From: Octopus vulgaris
Lineage: Eukaryota
Direction: 5' to 3'
Assembly: GCA_951406725.2 (NCBI GenBank)
Contig: OX597830.1
Coordinates: 32,302,001-32,366,000, forward strand
DNA length: 64,000 nucleotides
Within the stretch, counting starts at the first letter, position 1, and every line of letters starts with the position of its first letter. The translations under genes and the position numbers were made by a program. The notes beneath the pieces are model-generated. The model made no database searches and had not been told where the DNA came from. It worked only from the letters and a program-made list of their open reading frames with translations. Positions 12,978 through 25,172 of this stretch are shown piece by piece.

Positions 12978-13305
12978 AGTAGTAGGGGAGCATCATAATG
13001 TGTTGAGAGGGATTCTTTGGGGTTTGAATAATTCACCTCTGGAAACATGGGTGGTTCTTTCAACATCCTTAAACAACCCTTATTCAAGGACCTTTTGAGC
13101 GGGATGGGCTACTCAACCTGAAGATAAATGCCCTGATGCAGTACCAGGCAGTGGCTCTCATGGCTTCTGATCTTAACTGATTGGAAGTGTTATCATGTAC
13201 ATTGTTTTGTCTTGGTATAAAAGATGGGCTACAGCAAATATTCTGCTCAATACCACAGATTTGCTTGTCAGTTGTTTTACCTTAACCAGTTGAGCATGTC
13301 CCTTA
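12978..13305 (+). mobile_element. Rearranged copy of non-coding (TAA)n-associated element family F
   Basis: 12978-13125 matches 40922-41072, and 13128-13305 matches 40708-40884. Confidence 0.8.
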
Positions 13306-13327
13306 ATTTTACCCTTTATTATTATTG

Positions 13328-13360
<33 letters not shown>

Positions 13361-13363
<3 letters not shown>

Positions 13364-15717
13364 CAAATCCAACCTTAATTTAAATGAATGGAAAGACCTT
13401 GTCGAGCTAGAAAATGACTTAAACCTCACTATTTAAGAAGCCAACAAAGGAAGTGCGGTAGTATTGATGGATACAGAGTACTACAAAAATTTAATACTTT
13501 CCATGTTGGAAAATAATACTTACTATGAGAAACTAACATATAACAACCCACAGAAAACTCTGAAAAACTTATCCTCCTTATTCCAAATTCATGGAATGGG
13601 TCTTACAACACATGAAATTGACTATTTATCCAATTTCAAATACAGTCCTAGTCTATTCTACAGATTACCCAACATACATAAAAATCCACTCATTTGTGAA
13701 GCCTGCAAAGTCTCTACAAGCCTATGCATTAATGTTCCTCCCCCTACTAACCTCAAACTCAGACCCATCATAGCTGGGCCTTCTTGCGAAACCCACCATT
13801 TGAGTAACTTCCTCGACATATTACTCAAACCTCTTTTAAAATATGTGAAAAGCTATATCAGGGATGACCTAGACATGCTGAACCACCTCCTGAAAACAGT
13901 AAAGGACAGAACTCTACTGGTATCTTTCAATATGGTGAATCTATACACTAATATCCCACATGACTATGGTATTGAAGCAATCACATTTTGGCTAGAAAAA
14001 TACCCAGAAGAGATCTCAGGACGAATTAACCACAATTTTATAATTGAAGCACTGGAATTCGTCCTGTTGAACAATCATTTCTTGTTCGATACTACTTACT
14101 ATCGACAGAAATGCGGAATTGCAATGGGGACCAGAGCTGCTACAGTGATTGCAAACCTCATAATGGGTTACCACGAACTCAAGTGATACCAATCATCACT
14201 AGAAAAATATGGCGCCTCTATTAATTGCTACTTAAAGGAGCACTGGAAGAGATATTTAGATGATTGCTTCATACTTTGGCAAGACAGCATGGATCAACTC
14301 TTTGATTTCAAAAGAATGCTCAACAACATACACAGCAATAAACAATTCACTATGGAACACAACAGTAAGCAACTCCCTTTCCTAGACATCTTAATTAGAA
14401 TAGTTAACAACCACATAGAAACAGACATCTTTTATCAACCCACAGATTCTAAACAATACCTATTATTTAACTCTTGCCACCCCAAACACATAAAAATCAA
14501 CATACCCTTTAACTAGCAAAAAGAATCTGCACCATAGTTTCCAATATATACACTCAAGAACATAGACTCCTTGAACTTAGATCTACACTAACTAAAATAC
14601 ATTACCCAATCTCATTAGTAAATGAAGGCATAAAAAGAGCTAAGGAAATAGATATACAAAGGTTAAGGAAAACTAGCCGAAATACAAAACAAGACTTAAA
14701 AATACTCCCGTACATCTCCACACATAACCCCAGAAACAACGAACCCTTCAGCATCATCACCCAAAACCTTCCCATCCTCACAGCAGACAAAACAATGAAC
14801 AAAATTTTAAGCTCATATAAAATTATAAAAAGCAAAAAGCAACCGAAGTCGCTGAAAAAAATATTAACCAGTGTTAGACTTTACCCACTAACAACTGAGC
14901 CAAAAGTGACAAAATGTGGATGTTCTAACTGTGGAACATGCCCCCACCTTCTGGAGGGTTCAGAATTCCAATTCAAACAAGGAGAAATATTTAAGATCAA
15001 ATCAAATTTCACCTGCGCCTCAGCAAATGTAGTCTATGTCATGACATGCATAGAATGTGGTAAACTCTATATTGGACAAACAGGAATTTCGCTCCATCAG
15101 AGAATCACCATTCACAAAGAGCAAATCCGTCACCCACAATACAGACAGTTAAAGGTGAGTGAACACATAGAAAGATGTGCCAGGAATCTTAATCCCAATT
15201 TCCAAATATTTCCCTTTTACCAATGTTCACAGAACACCACAATGCAACAAAGGTTGAATAAAGAGGCATTTTTCATCAATAAATTTATCCCCCAACTAAA
15301 TATGAACACACAACTCAATACAGAACACCACTAACTCTTCAATTGAAACTACTAAACCCTATACACATCCTACACTACTCACATCTCTAAATCCAGAACT
15401 GCTTACCTCCCTTACAAATAATCTTTTTTCTCAGGAACTATTAGACCTGACACCGTGTATTAACCGGTGTTGTTCAAATGATGAATAGCTTAGTGTAAAC
15501 CATGGTCCGTTTTGTTCTCTTACTTTATTATCATCTTATAATCATCTCATAATAATGACCTTTATGACTCGTATTACTACCTCAGTCAATCTAAATGTAT
15601 ATATTTGTCTTTACCTGTCATAAATAGCCTTTTTTATTTGCAATGTGCATTTTCCGTTGATTTTTCATATTTTACCCTTACATTTCCACATGTATTTTAT
15701 ATTTTCTTTTCGTAACA

Positions 15718-15720
<3 letters not shown>
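13361..15720 (+). mobile_element. 5'-truncated, decayed Penelope-like retroelement (RT + Cys-rich linker + GIY-YIG; Neptune-like)
   Basis: ANKGSAVV, YRLPNIHK, LRPIIAG, MVNLYTNIP, GIAMG, WKRYLDDCF, LPFLDI, SCHP RT/thumb motifs; CGCSNCGTC linker; NVVYVMTCIECGKLYIGQTG..HQRITIH GIY-YIG domain; stop at 14184 and a frameshift near 14515; flanked by (TA)n on both sides. Confidence 0.93.
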
Positions 15721-15754
<34 letters not shown>

Positions 15755-15759
15755 CAGAA

Positions 15760-16100
15760 ATTGCATGGCTCAGTGCTTAAAGTGTCGGGCTCACAATCAT
15801 TAGGTAGTGAGTTCAATTTCTGGACTGGGTTGTTTGTTGTATTCTTGAACAAGACACTTTGTTTCACGTTGCTCCAGTTCACTCAACTGTAGAAATGAGT
15901 TGCAACGTCACTGGTATCAAGGTGTATCAGCTCCTTTGCCTTTCCCTTGGATAACATCTGTGCCTTGGAGAAGAGAGGCTGTTATGTATGGGCGATTGCC
16001 GGTCTTCCATAAACAACCTTGCACAGACTATGCCTCGGAGGGGAACATTCTAGGTGCAATTCTACCGTCATTCATGACTGAAGGGGAGCTATACCGAACT
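15760..16100 (+). mobile_element. tRNA-derived SINE family C
   Basis: GCATGGCTCAGTGCTTAAAG A-box-like, GAGTTCAATTTC B-box-like, CTTGAACAAGACACTT central block; 3' half recurs at 57505-57680. Confidence 0.8.
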
Positions 16101-16410
16101 TTTACTGGAGAATCTCAAAACTAAAAAGTAAAAAGTGACCTTTATACTGTTCAGATTCCTTTTAAACTGCTGCAGGAAATATACCTTTTATCTTTTACCT
16201 GTTTCAGTCACTGGGCTGTGGCCATGCGGGACACTGCCTTGATGGATTGTAGTCAAACAAATTGATCCCCCACTTCCCAGCACATATATGTATTTTTTAA
16301 TCTCTCTTTCACACCCTCTAAGTCATGAGAAGGTAAACAAACTAATACTAATTGTCAAATGGTAGTGGAGACAGATATAGCTGCAAGGACACACATATAT
16401 CATGTGTGTG

Positions 16411-16445
<35 letters not shown>

Positions 16446-16609
16446 ACATTTGTAATGTCATGGCTGATTTGGCTTTGGTCATAGGTTATTTTCTAATAGG
16501 TTTGATTAGGCCAACAAGATGTGTATATATGTGTGCACGTGTATGTGTGTGTATTTATATGATTATATGTGTATAAATTTATATATGAATGTATAGGTAA
16601 ACAGATATT

Positions 16610-16648
<39 letters not shown>

Positions 16649-16682
16649 GTAGATATATATAGATAGATAGATATATATATAT

Positions 16683-16727
<45 letters not shown>

Positions 16728-17037
16728 GGTACATAGATAGATAAATAGATAGATAGATGTAGAGATAGATAGATAGATAAATTTGAGCAGCCACATAAAC
16801 TGGCATAAATACACACACATACACATGTACACACACTCAAGGGTGAAATAATTATGTTTATCAAGTATTAATCAGTGTTAATTGGTCTTTGTTTAACAGT
16901 TGTGAAATTCCTAATCAACACATTTGCTCACACACAAACATGCAAATACACACATACATATACAAAAGCTGCATAAACACGTACACACACATACAGTCAA
17001 GTATTTATACACTACATATGTTGTTTCCATACATACA

Positions 17038-17129
<92 letters not shown>

Positions 17130-17404
17130 TACACAAACACACATAGACTTATACACCATTTATACGCATTCATGCTTGTGCTATCAGGTCATTTTCATTT
17201 TATCAATTAGAAATCTACCATAATTACACACACTCACACACACAAACATTCACTCATGAAAGTCATGTGTGTGTGTGTATGTTTATATATATATATATAT
17301 ATACACACACACGCAAACATATATATATACATATATATATGTATAAATACGTGTATATATATATAACTATATAAGTGTATACATATATGTATATATATAT
17401 ATAT

Positions 17405-17421
17405 ACATATATAATTGAGTG

Positions 17422-17453
<32 letters not shown>

Positions 17454-17460
17454 TAATTGA

Positions 17461-17498
<38 letters not shown>

Positions 17499-17500
17499 GA

Positions 17501-17537
<37 letters not shown>

Positions 17538-17584
17538 TAATTGAGTGTGTATATATATATATATATATATACATATATAATTGA

Positions 17585-17625
<41 letters not shown>
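17405..17625. repeat. Minisatellite of ATATATAATTGAGTGT(TA)n units (5 copies)
   Basis: AATTGAGTGT recurs at ~17414, 17455, 17495, 17539 and 17579, separated by variable-length TA. Confidence 0.85.
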
Positions 17626-17642
<17 letters not shown>

Positions 17643-18150
17643 ACATAATTATATATAAGTGTATATATATATGTATACATATACACAGACACATTATATA
17701 TAAATATATACATATATATAAGCATGTGTGTGTGTGTATATATACATACATATACATATATAGTCACATATATGTGTGCATGTATAACACATGCATACAG
17801 TAAAAATACACACATATTGACACAGATACAAATACATATACATTTACTTACTCCCTACGTGCATGCTGAACCACACATATTTTCACAAATAACTCAATGA
17901 TATATAAACACACACACACACACACATAAACACACACGCACTCACACACACATGTGCGCAAGTATATACAAACACATTAGCCACGGGTTTTGCCACTCCT
18001 TTATATCTGAAGTGTCGATTTCATTTACACATACACTCTAACACGGATACATAAATATATATACATGCATACACATATACATATGTGTCTGTGTATGTAT
18101 ATATATATAGAGAGATTGATATATATATACAAATACTAAAACATACATTC

Positions 18151-18208
<58 letters not shown>

Positions 18209-18223
18209 TTATATATGTATATT

Positions 18224-18256
<33 letters not shown>

Positions 18257-18816
18257 TTATATATGTATATATAAATATATATATGTTTGTGTGTATATAT
18301 ATCTATGTATATATACATATATATACATATATGCATATATATATATATATATATACATACGTATATATACATATGTGTGTGTGTGTGTATTTATATATGT
18401 GTATATACACACACAGACACATAGATATATACATGCGTGTATGCACACGCATACAGATAGAAGCACACTGAATTCATATACATACACATGTACACACTGT
18501 AATAATATTTTTTCAGTATTTAATTAGAACAGTTAAACAAATTCGCTAGTCTAATTAAATCTCAACTGATTAGTGTACATTCGTGTGTGTGGGGGTGGTG
18601 TGGATGGAATGTGAGTGTGGCATGCGTATGTGCGTGTGTACATGTGAGTGAGTGAGTGAGTGAGTGTGTATTTGTGTGTGTCCGTTGTGTTTGTGTATGT
18701 TACGTGCGGTTGATAGGATGAAAGAGCAAAAGAGAGAGAGGAAATGTCGAAACAGTAACAAGGCTTGTTAATATATCATGTATGTGGGGTTATTTTAATG
18801 ATATGTGTATGATACA

Positions 18817-18985
18817 GGCATGGCTGTGTGGTAAGAAGCTTTGATTCCCGACCACAAGGTCTCAGGTTCTGTCCTATTGCATGGCACCTCAGAAAAGCGT
18901 CTTCTACTTGTAGCCAGAGGTCCACCAAATCACTGTGCGTGGATTTTGTAGACAGAAACTGAAAGAAGCTCATCATATATATATG
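18817..18985 (+). mobile_element. SINE family A, 5' part
   Basis: GGCATGGCTGTGTGGTAAGAAGC...GAAACTGAAAGAAGC. Confidence 0.75.
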
Positions 18986-19180
18986 ATTCACCATGATAGA
19001 TTGGTAGCCACTACACACATTTTTTTCTCTCCTTGTTTCTTTCTGTGTTCCTTTCTGTAGAAGAGCATAGGCTCGAAACATTAAAGACTTTTTCAATTGC
19101 CGAGTGTTATACTAATACATTAGTTTGTTTTCTACACCACCTGTCTTCTTCTTTTGATTTTTCATGAATTCTCCCCACAT
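18986..19180 (+). mobile_element. Short hammerhead-motif element, family H copy 1
   Basis: CTTT-CTGTAGA-AGAGCATAGGCTC-GAAA-CA-TT-AAAG at 19051-19086; homologues at 19425, 32765 and 35110; TA-microsatellite flanks. Confidence 0.65.
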
Positions 19181-19181
19181 A

Positions 19182-19218
<37 letters not shown>

Positions 19219-19340
19219 AGCATGCGTGGTATATATATATATATAGATAGATAGGTAGATATATAAGATGGAGAGATAGATAAATAAATATATAGATACA
19301 TATATTTATATACATATATATATGTACAGAAACGTACATA

Positions 19341-19408
<68 letters not shown>

Positions 19409-19424
19409 CATATACATATTACAT

Positions 19425-19615
19425 TTTGCCATGTTGGACCACTGAACTCAACACATTTTTTTCATTCTCTCTCTGTTTATTTCCTCTTATTCATTTCTGT
19501 CAAAGAGCATAGGCTCAAAATATAAAAGGCTTTTCAATTTTTCCTGAACACCAAACTAATACATATGCTTGTTCCTATGTCTTTGTCTTTTGTTTTTCTG
19601 TAAATTTGAATTATA
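19425..19615 (+). mobile_element. Family H copy 2 (CpG-decayed)
   Basis: ATTT-CTGTCAA-AGAGCATAGGCTC-AAAA-TA-TA-AAAG at 19493-19528; flanking sequence colinear with copy 1. Confidence 0.6.
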
Positions 19616-19942
19616 TATGAATATATATATATAGTGAGAGAGAGAGGGCGGGGAGAGAGTACATACATACATACCTACATACATGCATATATATATATGC
19701 ATGTGTGTGTGTGTGTGTGTAGAAAAATATTTAAGGGATACTCAGCTACATAGACTAGAGTCATGCATAGACTGGAATGGAATGGTGAAGCTTGAAGCAA
19801 GCAGAGCTATAAATATAAGAACATGTAAATATTGGGTTAAAACCTCTTTTTGGATAGAAGATAGTCAAAGACTGTCTATGGGACCCAATCTTCTCTCTTG
19901 AAGTTTCTAATTTCTTATGTTGTCAGCAATAGGTGTGTGCAT

Positions 19943-19979
<37 letters not shown>

Positions 19980-20057
19980 TATGTAGTTGAGGAGCAAATT
20001 CTTCTTATCACACAGTCACGCCTGTACCTATATATATATATGAGTGTGTGTGTGTAT

Positions 20058-20274
20058 TTGAAAGAATGAGTAGAGATGGCTTTTTTGGGGGCGAATAATT
20101 TTTATTGTAATCTTAATAATAATGTTTGCAGTGAGTTACTCTGATATGAGTTTTGAGCTTCAAGTAGCCGTTTTAAACTTAAAAATGTATGTTTTACTGG
20201 TTGCTTAAATAACAAAACACTTTTTCTTACATTTATAAATATAAAAAATATAAACAAAAAGGGAAAAATATATA

Positions 20275-20316
<42 letters not shown>

Positions 20317-20503
20317 GTGGAGGCACATAAGAGTTTTGAGCTTCAAGTATCCGTTTTAAACTTTAAAATGTATGTTTTACTGGTTGCTTAAATAACAAAA
20401 CACTTTTTCTTACATGTATAAATATAAAAAATATAAACAAAAAGGGAAAAATATATAATATAAATATATATATATATATATATGTATATATATGTGGAGG
20501 CAC
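20058..20503 (+). repeat. TA-embedded repeat with ~180-bp tandem duplication; inverted partial copy at 21225-21345
   Basis: 20148-20327 is repeated at 20331-20507; 20058-20178 is the reverse complement of 21225-21345. Confidence 0.8.
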
Positions 20504-20800
20504 ATGATCTAGTGGTTAGAGCAGCGGACTCGTGGTCGAGGGATCGTGGGTTCGAATCTCAGACCGGGCAATGCATGGATTTATGAGTGAAACACCTAAG
20601 CTCCATGCTGCTCCAGTAGAAGGTAATGGCGAGCTTCTGCAGACTCTTTCACCTCAACTTTCTCTCACTCTTTCCTCCTGCATCTTGCAGCTCACCTGTG
20701 ATGGATGGGCATCCCGTCCAGGTAGGGAACCTATACGCCAAGGAAACTGGGAAAGTGAACCTATGAGGCAGGCATGGCTTGAGAAAGAACAAACAACAAA
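20497..20800 (+). mobile_element. tRNA-derived SINE family D (V-domain-like central block)
   Basis: TGATCTAGTGGTTAGAGC A-box-like, GGTTCGAATCTC B-box, CCTGTGATGGATGGGCATCCCGTCCAGG block, (AAC) tail. Confidence 0.75.
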
Positions 20801-20829
20801 CATATATATATATATATATATATGTATGG

Positions 20830-20964
20830 ATGTGTGTGGGTGGCAAGTAGCTTGCTTGCCAACCACATGGTTCCAGGTTCAGTCCCACTATGTGGCACCT
20901 ATAGCCTTGGGCTGACCAAAGCCTTGTGAGTGGATTTGGTAGACAGAAACTGAAAGAAACCCAT

Positions 20965-21032
<68 letters not shown>

Positions 21033-21160
21033 GTATATATATATATGTATGTGTTTGTCCCACCCCCTCAACATCACTTGACAACTGATAGAATAAGTAC
21101 TAGGCTTACAAAGAATAAGTCCTGTGGTCGATTTGCTTGACTAAATGTGACTGAAACAAA
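20830..21160 (+). mobile_element. SINE family A, internally deleted
   Basis: Matches 6792-7200 with several deletions. Confidence 0.75.
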
Positions 21161-21636
21161 TATATATATAAATAATATGTGTATATATATATATCTATAT
21201 ATATATATATATATACAAGCATAATTTTAAAATGGCTACTAGCAGCTCAAATCTCATATCAGAGTAACTCACTGTAAACATTATTATTAAGATTAAAATA
21301 AAAATTATCTCCTCAAATAAGGGCCATCACTACTCATTCTTTCAATATATATATAATACTGTACCAAGAACGTTCTCTTCGTTATTCTCCTATATATATA
21401 TATATAGTAGAAGAACACCACCTTTTTGTTTGTATCATACAATATATATACATATAATTCCTTTTATGGGTTTCATGTTAAGAAGAGTAGGAAAATATCG
21501 AAGTAGCTTGACAATTTTTTAAAGCTGATCACATGGAGAAAGGTCTTTGCCTCCATTTTTATCCACCATTATTTATCTATGCAATGTGGTGTTGAGCACT
21601 CATTTCATCGTTCTATATTTATGTATATACATATAC

Positions 21637-21666
<30 letters not shown>

Positions 21667-21673
<7 letters not shown>

Positions 21674-22106
21674 GAAAATAGTAAAAAGTGAAAAAACTAC
21701 AGAAGGCTTAAATGTTAAAAAATATATATTTGCGTCAATATGTCTGAAGAATATTAAAAAAATTTTTTTCTCTTATAATGACATAATTTAAAAGAAAGAC
21801 CGGTTTCGCGTTTAGCTTTTCAAATTTCTTGCAACGTTATGTTTATGTTGAACAGGGTTATCGTTATCTTTATGTTGAACATAGATATAACGATAACCCT
21901 GTTTAACATAAACATAACATCGCAAGAAATTTGAAAAGCTAAACGCGAAAGCGGTCTTTCTTTTAAATTATGTCATTATGAGAAAAAATTTTTTTAATAT
22001 TCTTCAAAAATTTTTTTAATATTCTTCAGACATATTGACGCAAACATATATTTTTTAACATTTAAGCCTTCTGTAGTTTTTTCACTTTTTACTATTTTCT
22101 ATATAT
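21667..22106. repeat. ~435-bp near-perfect palindrome in TA microsatellite
   Basis: ATAGAAAATAGTAAAAAGTGAAAAAACTACAGAAGG... mirrored by ...CCTTCTGTAGTTTTTTCACTTTTTACTATTTTCTAT; centre near 21875; small duplication in the right arm. Confidence 0.92.
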
Positions 22107-22136
22107 TCAACCACATGCTTTCACAAACCAACTTTC

Positions 22137-22215
<79 letters not shown>

Positions 22216-22217
<2 letters not shown>

Positions 22218-22527
22218 TTCAGTAAAATTTAGATTCGGTTGAATATGGTACTTAGTTAAAAGCACCAGAATTTAGTATGCTATTATCCATATGATTCAAA
22301 ATGGGGTGATTATAATCCTCAAAATTCAAAATGGGTGATTATAATGCTCTTTGTGATTTTGGATAGTAAGAAAACTATACAAATGAATCCTTCGAATTTA
22401 ACTAAATTCTATATTTTTATGCAGCTGAAGATTGCTCTACATTTTAAATTGATGTAATATTTGCCTTGTTCAATTAAATGGAGTCACATGAAACGATCGT
22501 ACTGCATTACCTCTGTTGCTTATTTTG

Positions 22528-22530
<3 letters not shown>
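22216..22530 (+). mobile_element. ~315-bp non-coding element in (TA)n carrying a hammerhead ribozyme (PLE pLTR/retrozyme-like)
   Basis: Non-repetitive sequence bounded by long (TA)n on both sides; contains the HHR at 22419-22507; internal ~28-bp duplication (ATTCAAAATGGG(G)TGATTATAAT). Confidence 0.7.
22419..22507 (+). ncRNA. Minimal type I hammerhead ribozyme
   Basis: Stem I ATGCAG/CTGCAT (6 bp), core CTGAAGA (22425-22431), long stem II (CTC..CATTT..AATTGA/TCAATT..AAATG.GAG), GAAA (22490-22493), palindromic stem III CGATCG, GUA cleavage triplet ending at 22501. Confidence 0.82.
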
Positions 22531-22616
<86 letters not shown>

Positions 22617-22646
22617 TTAGAGAGATAGAGAGATAGAGAGATAGAT

Positions 22647-22903
22647 CTTTTATCTTTTACTTGTTTCAGTCACTAGAATGAATGAACTGACCCTTGTACT
22701 TGCTGGACTGCTAAGCTATGGGGACGCAAAGAAACCAACACCAGGTGCTTCTTTCAGTTTCCGTCCACAAAATCCACTCACAAAGCTTTGGTTGGTCTGA
22801 AGCTATAGTAGAAGACACTTGCCCAAACTGCCACACAGTGGAACTGGATCCAGATCCATGTGGTTGGGAAGCAAGCTTCTTACCACACAGCCATGCCTGT
22901 GCC
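22647..22903 (-). mobile_element. SINE family A, internally deleted
   Basis: Reverse complement of the family A head and tail. Confidence 0.75.
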
Positions 22904-23368
22904 TATATGTATGTATGTGTGTATGTATGTATGTATGTATGTATGTATGTATGTACGTACATATGTATGTATGTATACAGAGAGATTGAGGGGGCGAGAG
23001 AAAGAAAACTACATAAATATATACAACTACATCTAACATATAAATGTATTGTTCGGTTCTTAGATACCACCAACTTAACAAACTTCGATGTTTGTACAGG
23101 TCACTTTTTATTTGTGTTACACAGCTGTCCTCATGCATTTTCTATGGTTTCCTGCCCCTGGCATCATTGTTTTACAACGAAATGACAAGCAGTCATCACA
23201 TATTAGCTTTGGTGCACAAACACTAAAAAAAAAAGGAAACACAGCTATCCATTTGCCTAAATGAGTACATACGTAGGTATGTATAGGTGTGTGTATGTAT
23301 ACACGTGCAAATAAGTGTGTATTGTGTGTTTACGTATGTATAAATTGAGATATATATATATGTACATA

Positions 23369-23519
<151 letters not shown>

Positions 23520-23746
23520 GCATACGTATCCAACATATCTAACTACATCCAAAGGTACTGAAGCCTACTTTTATTTGTTCATTCACATGTGTATATAATG
23601 TGTATCTAAGCATATATACGTACATATATATACACATTTTATATCTGAGCACGTATATATGCATGTGTATGTATGTATATATACATGCATAAATATGTAT
23701 AACTATACATATATATATATATGTATATATATACACACACACACAC

Positions 23747-23813
<67 letters not shown>

Positions 23814-24070
23814 TGTATATACACTCACACACAAGGGAATGGACAAATGAGAGTAAGAGACTCTCAACAGATTTAGTAGGAGTTACATATATTATTTTTG
23901 AAAACCGTCCGTTTTGGCGTCATACAACTAAAAATTTTGTAGGCTTCTTGCAGAAATGTAGCTTATTCAGGAGTTGATTACCAAATAGTAATTTGAGCCT
24001 GGACAGGCTTGGTTTTTGTGAGAAAACTGGGAAACTTCATAGCATATGGAGCTAAATCAAACTGTTGTAA

Positions 24071-24618
24071 TCTCTCTCTATATAAAGGGCAATTTGTCTG
24101 TCTGTGTGTCTGTGTGTCTGTCAGGTTGTACCCTCACCCTGACCACGGCTTTCAACCGATTCTGATGAAACTAAACACACACATAGCCCAGTGTCATAAT
24201 TCAAAACTAACACAGCGAAAATTTTGAAAAGTTCCCCCAGTTTTGAAAATTATCGATAAATTCGACATGGGGTCAAGAATCTCAGCTTTTTATATGCAAC
24301 ACATTTTCTGTTGTAGTTTTCGCAACCTGCAATCGATTTTCACCAAACTCATGGTGAAGCTTAATGTTACCCTAAGAAACTTAATTCTGACGTTAGTTTT
24401 CCATGCAATACCTTACCATCAGAAAAAATCGATAAAATCATGCCATTTTGGGAAATCGCGTTTTCGCCCAAAGGGACAGCTAGGAACATCGTATACACAG
24501 AAGACATTGCAACCTACATATGCGCCTTTGTCCCCTAGAGGGAAAGAACTAGATTGGGATTAGTCGTTGCTTACTAGGGGCTCTTACATACCCGGGCAAC
24601 ACCGGGCTATGCTGCTAG
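24071..24618 (+). mobile_element. Non-autonomous Helitron
   Basis: A|TCTCTCTCTATATAAAG 5' end, (TCTG/TG) tract, subterminal hairpin CCCGGGCAACACCGGG, 3' CTAG|T. Confidence 0.85.
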
Positions 24619-24629
24619 TTAATAATAAT

Positions 24630-25072
24630 AATCCTTTCTACCTTAGGCACAATGCCTGAAATTTTAGGTAAGGGAGCAATTCGATTACATCGACTCCAGT
24701 ACTCAGCTAGCACGTATTTTAGGGACCTCGAAAGGATGAATGGCAAAGTCGTTCTCAGCAGAATTTGAACTCAGAATGTCAAGGTAGACGAAATGCCACT
24801 AAGCATTTTGTTTGCCACGCTAACAATTCTGGCTTTTTGCCACCTTAATAATTATAATAATCCTTTCTACTATAGGTACAAGACCTGAAATTTGTGGGGA
24901 GGGGATTAGTTGATCCCATCAACCCTAGTACTTGACTGGTACTTAATTTATTGACTCCAAAAATATGAAAGCCGAAGTCGACCTCAGCAGAATTTGAACT
25001 CAAAATTGTGAAGATAGACTGCTGCTAAACATTTTTCCTGGCATGCTAACAATTCTGCCAGCTCACCACCTT
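24630..25072 (-). mobile_element. Two tandem SINE family B copies
   Basis: Copies at about 24630-24845 and 24858-25072, each with a TTA tail. Confidence 0.82.
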
Positions 25073-25120
25073 AGTAATGATGATGATGATGATGATAATG
25101 ATAATAATAATAATAATAAC

Positions 25121-25170
<50 letters not shown>

Positions 25171-25172
<2 letters not shown>

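Noticed and set aside
20497-20570. tRNA gene (also heads at 6792, 15760 and 42420)
   Set aside because: A/B boxes continue into SINE bodies; no complete cloverleaf.
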